From a virus (Duplodnaviria; Caudoviricetes), in the IMG/VR virus record IMGVR_UViG_3300028610_002189, positions 1 to 54,387 of that record: a stretch of DNA of 54,387 bases; one strand, 5' to 3'. Shown here piece after piece: positions 36,121-45,831 of this stretch (position 1 is the first letter of the stretch; each line of letters starts with the position of its first letter). Under the pieces are notes generated by a model that had not been told where the DNA came from, ran no database searches, and saw only the letters and a list, made by a program, of their open reading frames with translations. The position numbers and the translations under genes are program-made.

Positions 36121-39100
36121 GTGAAAAAAGCCTTATTTCAGATAACTACAAAATATGAAGCTAAGGAACTAAGAGCTTTTAAAGCAGATATTGGTGCTAT
36201 AAAGAAGATAGCTAGTGAACTTAATGTTCTGGCTTCTGCAACAACTGGTATGCAAGCTGCTGGTAGAAATGTACAAACTTTTGTTGCAGAAGTAGCTAAA
36301 ATAGATCCACGACATTCTCGTACTCTACATCAAATTGCAATGAGTATGGAGTATATGCGTAGAAGTACAAAGGATTTGAGTGGAGCTACAGGAACACTTA
36401 AAGGATTTGGCAATGTAGTATTGGAGATTGGTAAAAGAGTAAGCAAATCTACTAAAGCCTGGCCTGCTGGTATGGAAGCTATTAAACAAATGGCTGTTGT
36501 TATAAGACAATTAGGTACTGGTGGTCAAGGTGTTCCAGCCATATTAAATTTAGTAGGGCAGGTGCAGGCTGATACTAGACATGGTAGTATATTGTGGTCT
36601 CTAATGAATTTAGAGTTTGCTGTTAGACCAGTTCAACAGATTTTAAGTGCTTTTCAACAAATTAGAGGCATGAAGGGTGGTTTTGGAATGCCTGGAGTTG
36701 GTGGGGTTGGAGGAGGTGGTGCAGTAGGAGGCGCTACTCCTGGTGTTTATAGTTTTGGTGATCCTGAACATCAGAAATGGATTACTAGACAAACTGGAGA
36801 AGCTTTGAAACCTGGTGGCGCAACCAAGAGAGCTAGAGATCTTGGAGAAGCAGGTGAAAAGTTTTTAACACAGTACTATAAGTATGAGCGTGGTAGCATT
36901 GAAGAAATGCGTCATACATATGAAACCATTGCAAAGATAGAGAATATTAAGGTTGAACAATTTAAAACTGAAACTGAGTATTTAGCCTTTTTGAAACGGC
37001 GGTATGCTGAATCATATAGAGGTACAGTTTCAGCAACTACTGTAGCAGGAATAGCTACTAGAGGATTAAAATTTGGTGAGATTACTACTGGTAAGGGGGC
37101 TGCTCCTATTGGTGCTCAGGGAGTTAGAGGTACTCTTGTACACAAAGGTGTTGAGAAAAGTATGTTAGGGCTAGGAATATCAAAAACAACTGGAGCATTA
37201 AGTCCTGAGCTTGTAGAAACAATAGCTACTGGAAGATTTGCAACTGATCCACAATTTGCTAAGGATTTAGAGACTACTGGAAAGTTTGCTGGTAAGGAGT
37301 TTGAAAAATATGCCAAAGGTGCTTTTGGCGAAGGAGTAACAAAGCAACCTTGGTATCAGAAAGAATTGAATACTATAAGAGGAAGTATTAAAAAGTCAAC
37401 TTTAGGTATTTTAAGAGAATTGTGGAAACAGGCTGCAACTGCACAAAAAGGAAATGTACGTAAAGGGTTGCAAGAAATGAGACTTTTTGTTGAAAAACCT
37501 TTCAAGCCTGTTCAAGTAATTAAAGCTGGTGCTGAACCTATAGCCAAAAGAATATTGCCTGAATTTAAAGGTGTCATGGATCCTTTTCTAAAAAATCTTC
37601 AAAAGGGTCTTGGTCCTAGTAAGTGGTTAGAGTTTGAAAAAGCTACACAAAAATTAGGAATGAGTGTCACTGGAATTGCTGATTATGTTGGTAAAATAGG
37701 AGCTAAAGGATTTGTTATAGACGTTAAAACAGCTAAACAGTCTTTACAAAATGCAAAATATTTTGTGAAACAAGTAAAAGAATTATATGCCAGGATGGGA
37801 AAAAGATTATTTCCAGAGCAAGGTACTCAATTCCAGGCTCTAATTGCTACTGCTGAAGGGGTTGTAAAAGATGTAGATCTTATACACAAAGAAGCTAAAA
37901 CAGCAAAAAAAGCTGAAGGTATATCTGCAAGAGCTATTACTAAGGGTCCATATGCTGAGCGTGTAGGTGTGGAAAGAGCTCGCAGGGAAGAGTTGGAAAA
38001 GGAAAATAAAATTGTTGCTGAAAATAAAAGACTTGATGAAGAAGCAGTTAGAGTTAAAGAAAAGTCTTTAGCTATTGAAAGAGAAATTACAAATGCTAAG
38101 AAACAACAAAATGTTGAACAGACAAGATTAATTGGTGGTGGTGCGGGAAGAATACCTCCTAGCGGAGGAGGTGGTGTATTTGGCGGACGGTTTAGTCTTC
38201 GTGGTACAGAAGGTCTTGTTGATCCTATGACAAGATATGAGCGTGAAATGAATAGAGCTACACTTGAATCTGTAGCATTTGGTAAAAGTTTAGATGTTGC
38301 AGATATAAAAGCTAAACTTATAACTCGCAGTATAAGAGATATGGCTGGTAATATGGCACGTATAGTAGCTTTAGAGAAAGTTAGAAAAAAGGATCCAACT
38401 TTTCTTAGAGCTGAAGCATATGAAAGGCTTAATAATGAATTACGTGAATACGCTACATTACAAGAGAGGGTACTTGAATTTAGAAGGAAAAGTGGAGTTA
38501 TACTTAGAGAAGCTGGAGTTACTGTAGGAGGAAAGAGAGAACTAGAAAAAAGAGCTGGTATAGATAAGAAATTAGCTACTGAATCAGAAGTTAGAGAAGC
38601 TAGAAGGGCTACTACAAGTTTAGCAAGTTTTGAGAAATTAGAAAAACAGTATGGCACAAGCATAAAATATACTAAGGAATTTAGAGGTGCTATAACTGAA
38701 GCAATGACTTCTGGTGGGAAAGGCATTAGTGGTTTGACAGAAAAACTTCATAATATGTTAAAGCCTTTAGGTCTGACAGGTATTAAGGTTAAAGATGCTG
38801 ACCATGCTATGAAATTGCTAGCAAAAACTAGTAGAGAACTATACATGGAAGTTCAAAATGATAGAAATGCTTATAATGCGCTTAATAAAGAGCTCGATAA
38901 AAATAAGATTTTAATTGAAAGAGTTTTAGGTAAGTCAAAGATGAGCAAGCTAAGTACTGTTGAACTTGCTGTTGCTAATAAAATGTTACAACAATATCTA
39001 AGTAGAATAAGTAGAGAATTAGAATTAGTAGAAGGTAAACTTATAGAAGCAGAACAGGCAGCAAAAAGAGATACTGTGGCTATAAAAAGGTTAGGAGATC

Positions 39101-42100
39101 AACATAGACAATTACTTGCTAGATATAAAGAATTTGAGTCAAAGTCAAAAGATGTAAATAAAGCTTTTAGATTACAACGAGGTAGTGCTGAAGGATTACG
39201 TGGTAGTTTGCGTACTACTCTTATGGGCTTCAGAGACATGATAAAGTCTCAGATGATGTGGGTAGCTGGTTATGGTTTGATGTTTGGAACTTTAAGGAAG
39301 TTTAAAGAAGCATTAGGTAGTGTTATAGAGATGGAACATGAATTAGCTCGTGCTATGCGTACAGTGCGCTCTGAAATTCAAACTAATATACAAGTGTATG
39401 AGGGGTTTAGAAGAGTTTCAGTTGATACAATGCTGCGGCTTGGTGTAGGTATTGGTGAAGTTGCTGAAGTTTTATATCAATTAGGTAGTGCTGGCCTGAC
39501 TGCTGAAGAATCAATGGCTGCATTAAAATCTACAATGGATGCTATTGTTGGTACAGAGGCCGATGTTACTAATTATACCAAGGCTGTGGCTGCTACATAC
39601 AATAATTTTAAAGATGCAATTATTCATGTTATTTCTTTACAGGAGAAATTCAAATATATAAATGATTTGTTAGTTGCTACTTTTAGAGATCATCAGGTTG
39701 AAATGGATGAGCTTACCCAAGGATTAAAACATCTAAGTGCTATGGGTAAAGAATCAAACTTAGAGTTTGATGAGATGGTAGGAATTCTTGCTACACTTAA
39801 TGATCATCTAATAAAATCAGGAATGGCTGGTAGAAGTGTGCAATCAGTATTAAGTAGGATATCTAGGCAAGGTAGAGAGTTTTCTGATGCTTTTGATATA
39901 GAAATAGACATGACTCAGCCTATGGATTTTATTAAAATCCTTAAAGATATTAATCTTCGTATGAGAGAAGGTAAAATGTCTGCTGAAAAAGTGGGATTGA
40001 TATTTGAAAGATTAGGTCTTAGAGGAGCAAAGGCTTTTGTGATATTAGCTAGATATATTGGCGAGTTGGAATATAATATTAGTACACTTAGAAACACTTC
40101 AGAAGGCGCAGCCGAGCAGATGGCTAATATTATGACTGCTACTCCTGGTGCTGAACTTAGAAAAACTGGTCAAGCTATTGCTGAATTGACAAGGCAAATA
40201 TTTGGTACATATGTGGAGTTGGCTAGAGTAAGTGCTTTTTTAACTAACGTAAGTGCAAGAGCTATACGTAAAAATAATATAGATATGGGTGAAACTGGTA
40301 ATGTAATTTGGGATATGACAAGAGCTATAATTACACATGGGCTTGCTATAATTGTTCTTTCAAAACTTTTTGGTTTTCTAAGTGGTACAAAAGCATTACA
40401 GGGAGTAGTTTCAGCCTTTAAGAATTGGCGAGTTTTGCTCAAGTCGACTAATTTAATTCTCTTAACTATTACTGTTGCTATAGTAGTGTTCACCAAATAT
40501 CTTTGGAGATCTAGGGACGCTATGAAAAAAGCTAGTGATACTGCAAGAGATTCATATAATGAATATGAAGTAGCATCAAATAAAGTTAAAAATTTAATTA
40601 CAAAACATAGAATATTAACTGATGTTATAAAAAGATGGGGTGAACTTGATAGGTCTGAAAAGCAAAGTTTAATGTCTAGAATAGATGATCTTGTAGATCA
40701 TTATGATAGAGAAGGCATTGCTCACATGAAAAGCATAGAACTTCTTGAAAAAGAAATTGAACTTATCAGAATACAAAGAAAAGAAATGGAGGCAATAGAG
40801 CGTGTAAAATTAGGTAGATATATTGAAGATCAACTTAAGGCAACTATTGGTGTCATTGAAAATGCTATGAAGGTTATGGGTAGGGCTGAATCATTTAAAG
40901 AAATGAAAGAAGCTGGTCCAAGAGGAATGTTAAGGAAAGGTGAGAAAATTGCAGGTATGCCGATTGGTTTTTATCCACAATTAATTTCTATGTGGTTAGC
41001 TGGTGCAAAACCAGAAGATGTAAAAAAAGTACAAAAAGAACTTGAGCAACAGTGGATAATATTAAATGAAAAATTGTCTAAGACAAGAAGTATATTTAAG
41101 GAAAATAGCGAAGAGGTGCGTGGATTAGAGGGAGCTATAAATCAAGTTGAGGTGGCTATTGGTACATTAGCTAGAGAAACTGGTATGAAGTTTAGAGGAA
41201 TAGCTAAGAATATAAATGATGTAGAACAAGAAATTAATGATGCTACATTTAGAATAGGTGAATTTAGAAAAGAAACCGAGAATGCTCTTAAACGCATAGG
41301 TGCTTCACCTGAAGATATATTTGTAGTAAAAGTTTTTGGAAAATTAAGAGAACAAGTAGAAAAAATTAGAAAAGAAAGACCAAATGAGCTTATAAAGAAT
41401 ATAATTAAAGAATTTATGGAATTTAAACCTGGTGTTGAAAAAGTAATATCTAAAGGATTGGAAAGTTATCTTGGTAGGATAGCTAAAGATGCAATGTTTA
41501 AACTTGAGGAACAAATGAAAGTTTCTGAAGAGAGGATGAAGAAATATCAACCATCTGTAGTAAGAGAAGCCTCTATAGCTTTACTTACGACTGGAGGCGA
41601 TATACAAAGAGTTGAAAAGAGACTTAAAAAAGTTGCTCAAGAAATATTTAAGAGATATGGATTGGAAGTAAAAATAAATAATTTAGGAAAACAGGGAGAA
41701 AAAATACTGGATCGAACTAGACAATTAATAACTAGGATAGTTAATGAAACTGCAAAAATAAGAGCCGCAGGTATGCCTGCTGGATTGCCATCTGAAATTA
41801 GCCGTTTGCGTGAAGATGCTAAAGCTAAAATTAAAACAATGAAAGATACTGTAGAAGCTCAGATAAAAATTGTTGAAGATCAAGTAGAAAAGAATTATAG
41901 GTTAAAGGCAGAAGGAGAAGTTGAAATAGAAAAATTAAGAAAACTTGTTTCTGAACGTGAAATAGCCATTACGGAAGAAACTCAGAAAAAAGTAGCTCTT
42001 GCAATAGAAAAGGGAAATACTAAATATGAACGTGCAATACGAAAGAGAACTGAAGAATTGAGAAAACTTAGTTTTCAAACAATAAAATATAAAGACACTG

Positions 42101-43440
42101 AAGATAAACTTGTTTTGGCTATTCTTGAAAGTCGTATTCAACAAACAAAGCATACTGAAACAATAGAAGATGCAAGAAGAGAATTAACTCGTTTATATAA
42201 AGCTTATGATCCATTAATTAAAGAAAAAGAAAGAGGTAAAGATGTTGATGAAAAACTTGTTAAAGTGTTAAAGGAAAAAATAGATTTACATAATAGAGAA
42301 ATTAAAGATAATGAAAAATTTATAGAGGCTTTAAAAATAATATTGAAACTTAAAGAAGAGGAAATTATTAGAACTGGTGAAGGTGAACATACGAAAAGAA
42401 TACAACGTATGAGAGAAGAAATTAACACTATAGAAGCGAGAAAACAAAAGCGTATTGAAGAATTACGTATATTGGGTAAGTATAACATTGAGGCTGAAGG
42501 TAGAACACTCAAACAACGATTTACAGGTATAGGCCAAAGTTTCTTTGCTGGTATAGCACAAGAAACTGGAACTGGTGGTGTAGCTGAAATGATGCAAGGG
42601 TTAGGTGGTACTGCGACACAGGGATGGGTGGAAGCATGGCAATCTACTATATTACCTGATGAACAGGCTATAATTAGAGTATCTGAACAGATAGGTAATT
42701 TAACAAAGCAACGTGATGAACTTTTAGCCAAAGGATTAAGTAGTCCTGAAGATGTTAGAAGGTTAAATGAAATTAATAGTGAACTTCAGAAACAAAATAA
42801 TGAATTAGAAAAACTTACAGATCCAATGGAAAGAGCTAAAGAAGCTTTTAAAAGCTTCACTAAATCATTTTTAGAAGAATTGCAAAAACAAATTATAGCT
42901 TTATATGCTCTTGCTATTGCTAAAAGAATAGCTGGATTCTTTATGAGTTCTCCTAGTGCTCCAGATACTGGAGCAGGGTCAGCATATCAAGGTCAGTTTC
43001 AAGGACAATATAGTAGTGGAGAAATGAGTAATGTAGTGGCTAATGTACCTGGTCAACAAACTGGTGGTTTTATAAGAGGAATTAGGCGTGGAAGGGATAG
43101 TGTTCCTATTCTTGCACAGCCTGGAGAATATTATATTCGTAAGTCTGCTGTAGATTATTATGGTAGAGATTTATTTAGAAAATATAATAGTATGGAAGTG
43201 CCTCGTTACCAAAGTGGAGGTTATGTGCCTAGTAGGAATGAAACTATCAATGTTAGTGGTACACAGAGCAGTTCTGAACAACAAACTGGTAATAACTATT
43301 ACTTTATACAAGCAAATGATGTTGATAGTTTTAGACGCTTATTAGAGGCTAATGGTGAAACTATAAATGACATATCTATGGCAGGATTATATAGAGATAT
43401 AGATATGGATGGACCCATGAGCAAAACTTTAGGTGGATAA
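36121..43440 (+). CDS. Tape measure protein, 2439 aa, with N-terminal PD-(D/E)XK-like domain
   Basis: TMP core (LYQLGSAGL, LATL...IKSGMAGRS..SVLSR, GAAEQMA); coiled coils; C-terminal TGG..G..D.VPILAQPGEY. Confidence 0.9.
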   Translation: MKKALFQITTKYEAKELRAFKADIGAIKKIASELNVLASATTGMQAAGRNVQTFVAEVAKIDPRHSRTLHQIAMSMEYMRRSTKDLSGATGTLKGFGNVVLEIGKRVSKSTKAWPAGMEAIKQMAVVIRQLGTGGQGVPAILNLVGQVQADTRHGSILWSLMNLEFAVRPVQQILSAFQQIRGMKGGFGMPGVGGVGGGGAVGGATPGVYSFGDPEHQKWITRQTGEALKPGGATKRARDLGEAGEKFLTQYYKYERGSIEEMRHTYETIAKIENIKVEQFKTETEYLAFLKRRYAESYRGTVSATTVAGIATRGLKFGEITTGKGAAPIGAQGVRGTLVHKGVEKSMLGLGISKTTGALSPELVETIATGRFATDPQFAKDLETTGKFAGKEFEKYAKGAFGEGVTKQPWYQKELNTIRGSIKKSTLGILRELWKQAATAQKGNVRKGLQEMRLFVEKPFKPVQVIKAGAEPIAKRILPEFKGVMDPFLKNLQKGLGPSKWLEFEKATQKLGMSVTGIADYVGKIGAKGFVIDVKTAKQSLQNAKYFVKQVKELYARMGKRLFPEQGTQFQALIATAEGVVKDVDLIHKEAKTAKKAEGISARAITKGPYAERVGVERARREELEKENKIVAENKRLDEEAVRVKEKSLAIEREITNAKKQQNVEQTRLIGGGAGRIPPSGGGGVFGGRFSLRGTEGLVDPMTRYEREMNRATLESVAFGKSLDVADIKAKLITRSIRDMAGNMARIVALEKVRKKDPTFLRAEAYERLNNELREYATLQERVLEFRRKSGVILREAGVTVGGKRELEKRAGIDKKLATESEVREARRATTSLASFEKLEKQYGTSIKYTKEFRGAITEAMTSGGKGISGLTEKLHNMLKPLGLTGIKVKDADHAMKLLAKTSRELYMEVQNDRNAYNALNKELDKNKILIERVLGKSKMSKLSTVELAVANKMLQQYLSRISRELELVEGKLIEAEQAAKRDTVAIKRLGDQHRQLLARYKEFESKSKDVNKAFRLQRGSAEGLRGSLRTTLMGFRDMIKSQMMWVAGYGLMFGTLRKFKEALGSVIEMEHELARAMRTVRSEIQTNIQVYEGFRRVSVDTMLRLGVGIGEVAEVLYQLGSAGLTAEESMAALKSTMDAIVGTEADVTNYTKAVAATYNNFKDAIIHVISLQEKFKYINDLLVATFRDHQVEMDELTQGLKHLSAMGKESNLEFDEMVGILATLNDHLIKSGMAGRSVQSVLSRISRQGREFSDAFDIEIDMTQPMDFIKILKDINLRMREGKMSAEKVGLIFERLGLRGAKAFVILARYIGELEYNISTLRNTSEGAAEQMANIMTATPGAELRKTGQAIAELTRQIFGTYVELARVSAFLTNVSARAIRKNNIDMGETGNVIWDMTRAIITHGLAIIVLSKLFGFLSGTKALQGVVSAFKNWRVLLKSTNLILLTITVAIVVFTKYLWRSRDAMKKASDTARDSYNEYEVASNKVKNLITKHRILTDVIKRWGELDRSEKQSLMSRIDDLVDHYDREGIAHMKSIELLEKEIELIRIQRKEMEAIERVKLGRYIEDQLKATIGVIENAMKVMGRAESFKEMKEAGPRGMLRKGEKIAGMPIGFYPQLISMWLAGAKPEDVKKVQKELEQQWIILNEKLSKTRSIFKENSEEVRGLEGAINQVEVAIGTLARETGMKFRGIAKNINDVEQEINDATFRIGEFRKETENALKRIGASPEDIFVVKVFGKLREQVEKIRKERPNELIKNIIKEFMEFKPGVEKVISKGLESYLGRIAKDAMFKLEEQMKVSEERMKKYQPSVVREASIALLTTGGDIQRVEKRLKKVAQEIFKRYGLEVKINNLGKQGEKILDRTRQLITRIVNETAKIRAAGMPAGLPSEISRLREDAKAKIKTMKDTVEAQIKIVEDQVEKNYRLKAEGEVEIEKLRKLVSEREIAITEETQKKVALAIEKGNTKYERAIRKRTEELRKLSFQTIKYKDTEDKLVLAILESRIQQTKHTETIEDARRELTRLYKAYDPLIKEKERGKDVDEKLVKVLKEKIDLHNREIKDNEKFIEALKIILKLKEEEIIRTGEGEHTKRIQRMREEINTIEARKQKRIEELRILGKYNIEAEGRTLKQRFTGIGQSFFAGIAQETGTGGVAEMMQGLGGTATQGWVEAWQSTILPDEQAIIRVSEQIGNLTKQRDELLAKGLSSPEDVRRLNEINSELQKQNNELEKLTDPMERAKEAFKSFTKSFLEELQKQIIALYALAIAKRIAGFFMSSPSAPDTGAGSAYQGQFQGQYSSGEMSNVVANVPGQQTGGFIRGIRRGRDSVPILAQPGEYYIRKSAVDYYGRDLFRKYNSMEVPRYQSGGYVPSRNETINVSGTQSSSEQQTGNNYYFIQANDVDSFRRLLEANGETINDISMAGLYRDIDMDGPMSKTLGG

Positions 43441-43442
43441 TT

Positions 43443-44033
43443 ATGGAAGTTTATACTTGGACACCAGATTATGTATATTCAGAATCGATAGCATTCTCTA
43501 CACAAATTACTGGTTTCGCAAGTGGAGTAGAGCAACGTAGAAGAATACGTTCTAGAGGATTAAGAACTTTCCAGTTGAAATATAATCTTTTAGATCAAAG
43601 TGAAATTAATGAAATATGGGATTTTTTTATTGCTCGTTATGGACAATTTGAAGCTTTTAAGTTTCGTAATTATCCTAATGAATATCAAAATACACTTGAA
43701 GCTGTAGGAACTGGAGATAGTACAAATGATTCTTTTTATCTAGATAAATCTTATATAGTGGATCCTACTATTACTACTCTTAGTCCAATAGCTATAGCTC
43801 CTAAAATATATGTTAATGGTGTATTAAAAATTGAATTAACACATTATACATTAGATTATGAAGTTGGTAAAATAACTTTTACAGGTGGAAATGAACCAGG
43901 AAGTGGATTACCCATAACTGCTACATATGAATTTTATTATAAAGTAAGATTTTCTTCGGATACTATGAATAGAGAGTTATTTGAAGTGATGTTATATAGG
44001 ACAGGTTTAAATTTGAAAGAGTTGTTTCCTTAA
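43443..44033 (+). CDS. Distal tail protein (DUF2460-like)
   Basis: SGVEQRR, FFIARYGQFEAFKF, GTGD....F.L.K.Y, G.ITF, F..KVRF.SD. Confidence 0.8.
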   Translation: MEVYTWTPDYVYSESIAFSTQITGFASGVEQRRRIRSRGLRTFQLKYNLLDQSEINEIWDFFIARYGQFEAFKFRNYPNEYQNTLEAVGTGDSTNDSFYLDKSYIVDPTITTLSPIAIAPKIYVNGVLKIELTHYTLDYEVGKITFTGGNEPGSGLPITATYEFYYKVRFSSDTMNRELFEVMLYRTGLNLKELFP

Positions 44034-44086
44034 CAACATATATTATAATTTCTTCCTTCCTCCGCTCTAGCTCTTAAGGTAGAGCT

Positions 44087-44115
44087 ATTATAGCATATTT
44101 TTATGTGTAATGCAA
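44087..44115 (-). promoter_or_regulatory. Antisense sigma70-type promoter inside tail operon
   Basis: Minus strand TTGCAT-17 bp-TATAAT with extended -10 TGn; inverted repeat TAGCTCT-N6-AGAGCTA at 44068-44087. Confidence 0.6.
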
Positions 44116-44222
44116 AAATGTTTTTGTTATTGTTAAGGCTAGATGATAACTTCACTTGGAAGATAAATTGTTGTACTTATTAAAAAAATATTTAAAAATA
44201 ATTTAATTAGATATAAGATGGG

Positions 44223-45350
44223 TTGGTTTTAATGTATGAAATAAATGATGCATATAGAGAACAGATATCAAAAGAAGAGAATACGCCTATTACTCTTTTG
44301 AGAGTTAATACTGGTTATTATTGGGATAATATAGATAGTATAGAAACTGATGATTGGGTTTCTAGTGGAGATTATGCTGTTTCTTCCCAGACTACTAGAT
44401 ATAAGTCTTATAATAATTCATATAAGATAATTTTGGATACAGTTGTAGCTGATCGGTATGGTCAAGTTAGTAAAGATTTTGTTTTTAGTGATAAACAGGG
44501 ATTAAGAGTGTGGTATTATGTAGAGTGGGGTTTAGGTAGTTGGGTTATGGATCCAAATAATTATGGATGTCTTTATGTTCAATTAATTGTTGATGGTATT
44601 GTAAAGGTCGAAAAAGATATTGCAAATTGTCAAAATCGTTGGGATCATTTAGAACTTATTGAAGATTTAGATGGTACTAAAACTGTAGTTTTGAAGTTTG
44701 TTTCTAAAAATACTCGTTTAGTGTCTGGTGTTGATGTTCCAGTAGTGTATTTTGATAATCTTGATCAATATATACAAGATGCTCCTCTTTATATAACAAC
44801 ATTTGATCAAGATGTGTCTTGGTATATTCCAGGAACAAGTACTCCTCAGATTTATACAACATTTCCTATTAGAGTTGATGATATGAAGTCTCAATTGACT
44901 GGTGAGGTTGAAGGTGTTACTATTACTCTTGGAAATGCTAGTTTAGAAATTATATCATTATTACTTTCTAATGATGCTTTATATGGTGAGGAGGTTACTA
45001 TTGTTAAAACTTTTTGGGAGTGTAGAGTTGGAGGTCCTGAGGAAAGTTATACAGCTTATCAATTGGATTTATTTGAAATTGATTCTCCTGCTGCTGATGA
45101 GGGGAAGGGTGTTGTATCGTTTGTATTGAAGTCTAAGTTTGCTGTTAATAAAGTATCTATACCATTAGAGCCATTTGATAGAGATTTTTGTAGACATACT
45201 TATAAAGATCCTGTGACTTGTCAATATGCTGGTGCTCTTGCTGATTGTGATCAAACTAAAGGAGGTCCTAATGGTTGTCAAGTACATGATAATGTGATAA
45301 ATTTTGGTGCATGTCCTGGAATACCTTCTGGAAGAGTTATGGTGGGATAA
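44223..45350 (+). CDS. Tail tip hub protein (lambda gpL-like, C-terminal 4-Cys cluster) with inserted jelly-roll-like domain; ATG start 44232
   Basis: FCRHTYK..CQY.G..CDQT..C..H.N..NFG.CPGIP C-terminus; position after Dit. Confidence 0.75.
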   Translation: MVLMYEINDAYREQISKEENTPITLLRVNTGYYWDNIDSIETDDWVSSGDYAVSSQTTRYKSYNNSYKIILDTVVADRYGQVSKDFVFSDKQGLRVWYYVEWGLGSWVMDPNNYGCLYVQLIVDGIVKVEKDIANCQNRWDHLELIEDLDGTKTVVLKFVSKNTRLVSGVDVPVVYFDNLDQYIQDAPLYITTFDQDVSWYIPGTSTPQIYTTFPIRVDDMKSQLTGEVEGVTITLGNASLEIISLLLSNDALYGEEVTIVKTFWECRVGGPEESYTAYQLDLFEIDSPAADEGKGVVSFVLKSKFAVNKVSIPLEPFDRDFCRHTYKDPVTCQYAGALADCDQTKGGPNGCQVHDNVINFGACPGIPSGRVMVG

Positions 45351-45351
45351 T

Positions 45352-45828
45352 ATGGTTTCTATTGAAGATAGAGAAAAGATAAGACATGTTAGGAATCTTA
45401 TTGGATTAAATTATAAGTTTCTGGGAAGAATTAATGATATTCCTGAATCTAGGTCTGAAGTGGTAAGACTAAATAGAGAGGGGTTTGGTATAGATTGTTA
45501 TGGCACACTACTAGTCGTATATAGATTTCTTGGTTTTAATATCAAGGATTATTTTTATAAGCATAATTGGTATAGAAGAAATAGTGAGAATGGTTTGTTT
45601 GATAAAAGTTATGATAATAATTTCATAAAGGTAAAAGATTTGCAAGTTTGGGATTCAATTACTTTTAAAATAAAAAGTATAGTTCCTAATCATATTGGTA
45701 TATATCTTGGCGAAGGTGAGTTTATACATTGTTTGGATAACTCTTCTGTTTGTGTTAGTAGAATTGCTGGTTTTTGGCATAAATTGAAATGTGATTTTTA
45801 TAGGATAAAAGATGAATGTAGGAGTTAA
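45352..45828 (+). CDS. NlpC/P60 tail-tip protein (lambda gpK-like)
   Basis: GIDCYG ... HIGIYLGEGEFIHC. Confidence 0.85.
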   Translation: MVSIEDREKIRHVRNLIGLNYKFLGRINDIPESRSEVVRLNREGFGIDCYGTLLVVYRFLGFNIKDYFYKHNWYRRNSENGLFDKSYDNNFIKVKDLQVWDSITFKIKSIVPNHIGIYLGEGEFIHCLDNSSVCVSRIAGFWHKLKCDFYRIKDECRS

Positions 45829-45831
45829 TTT

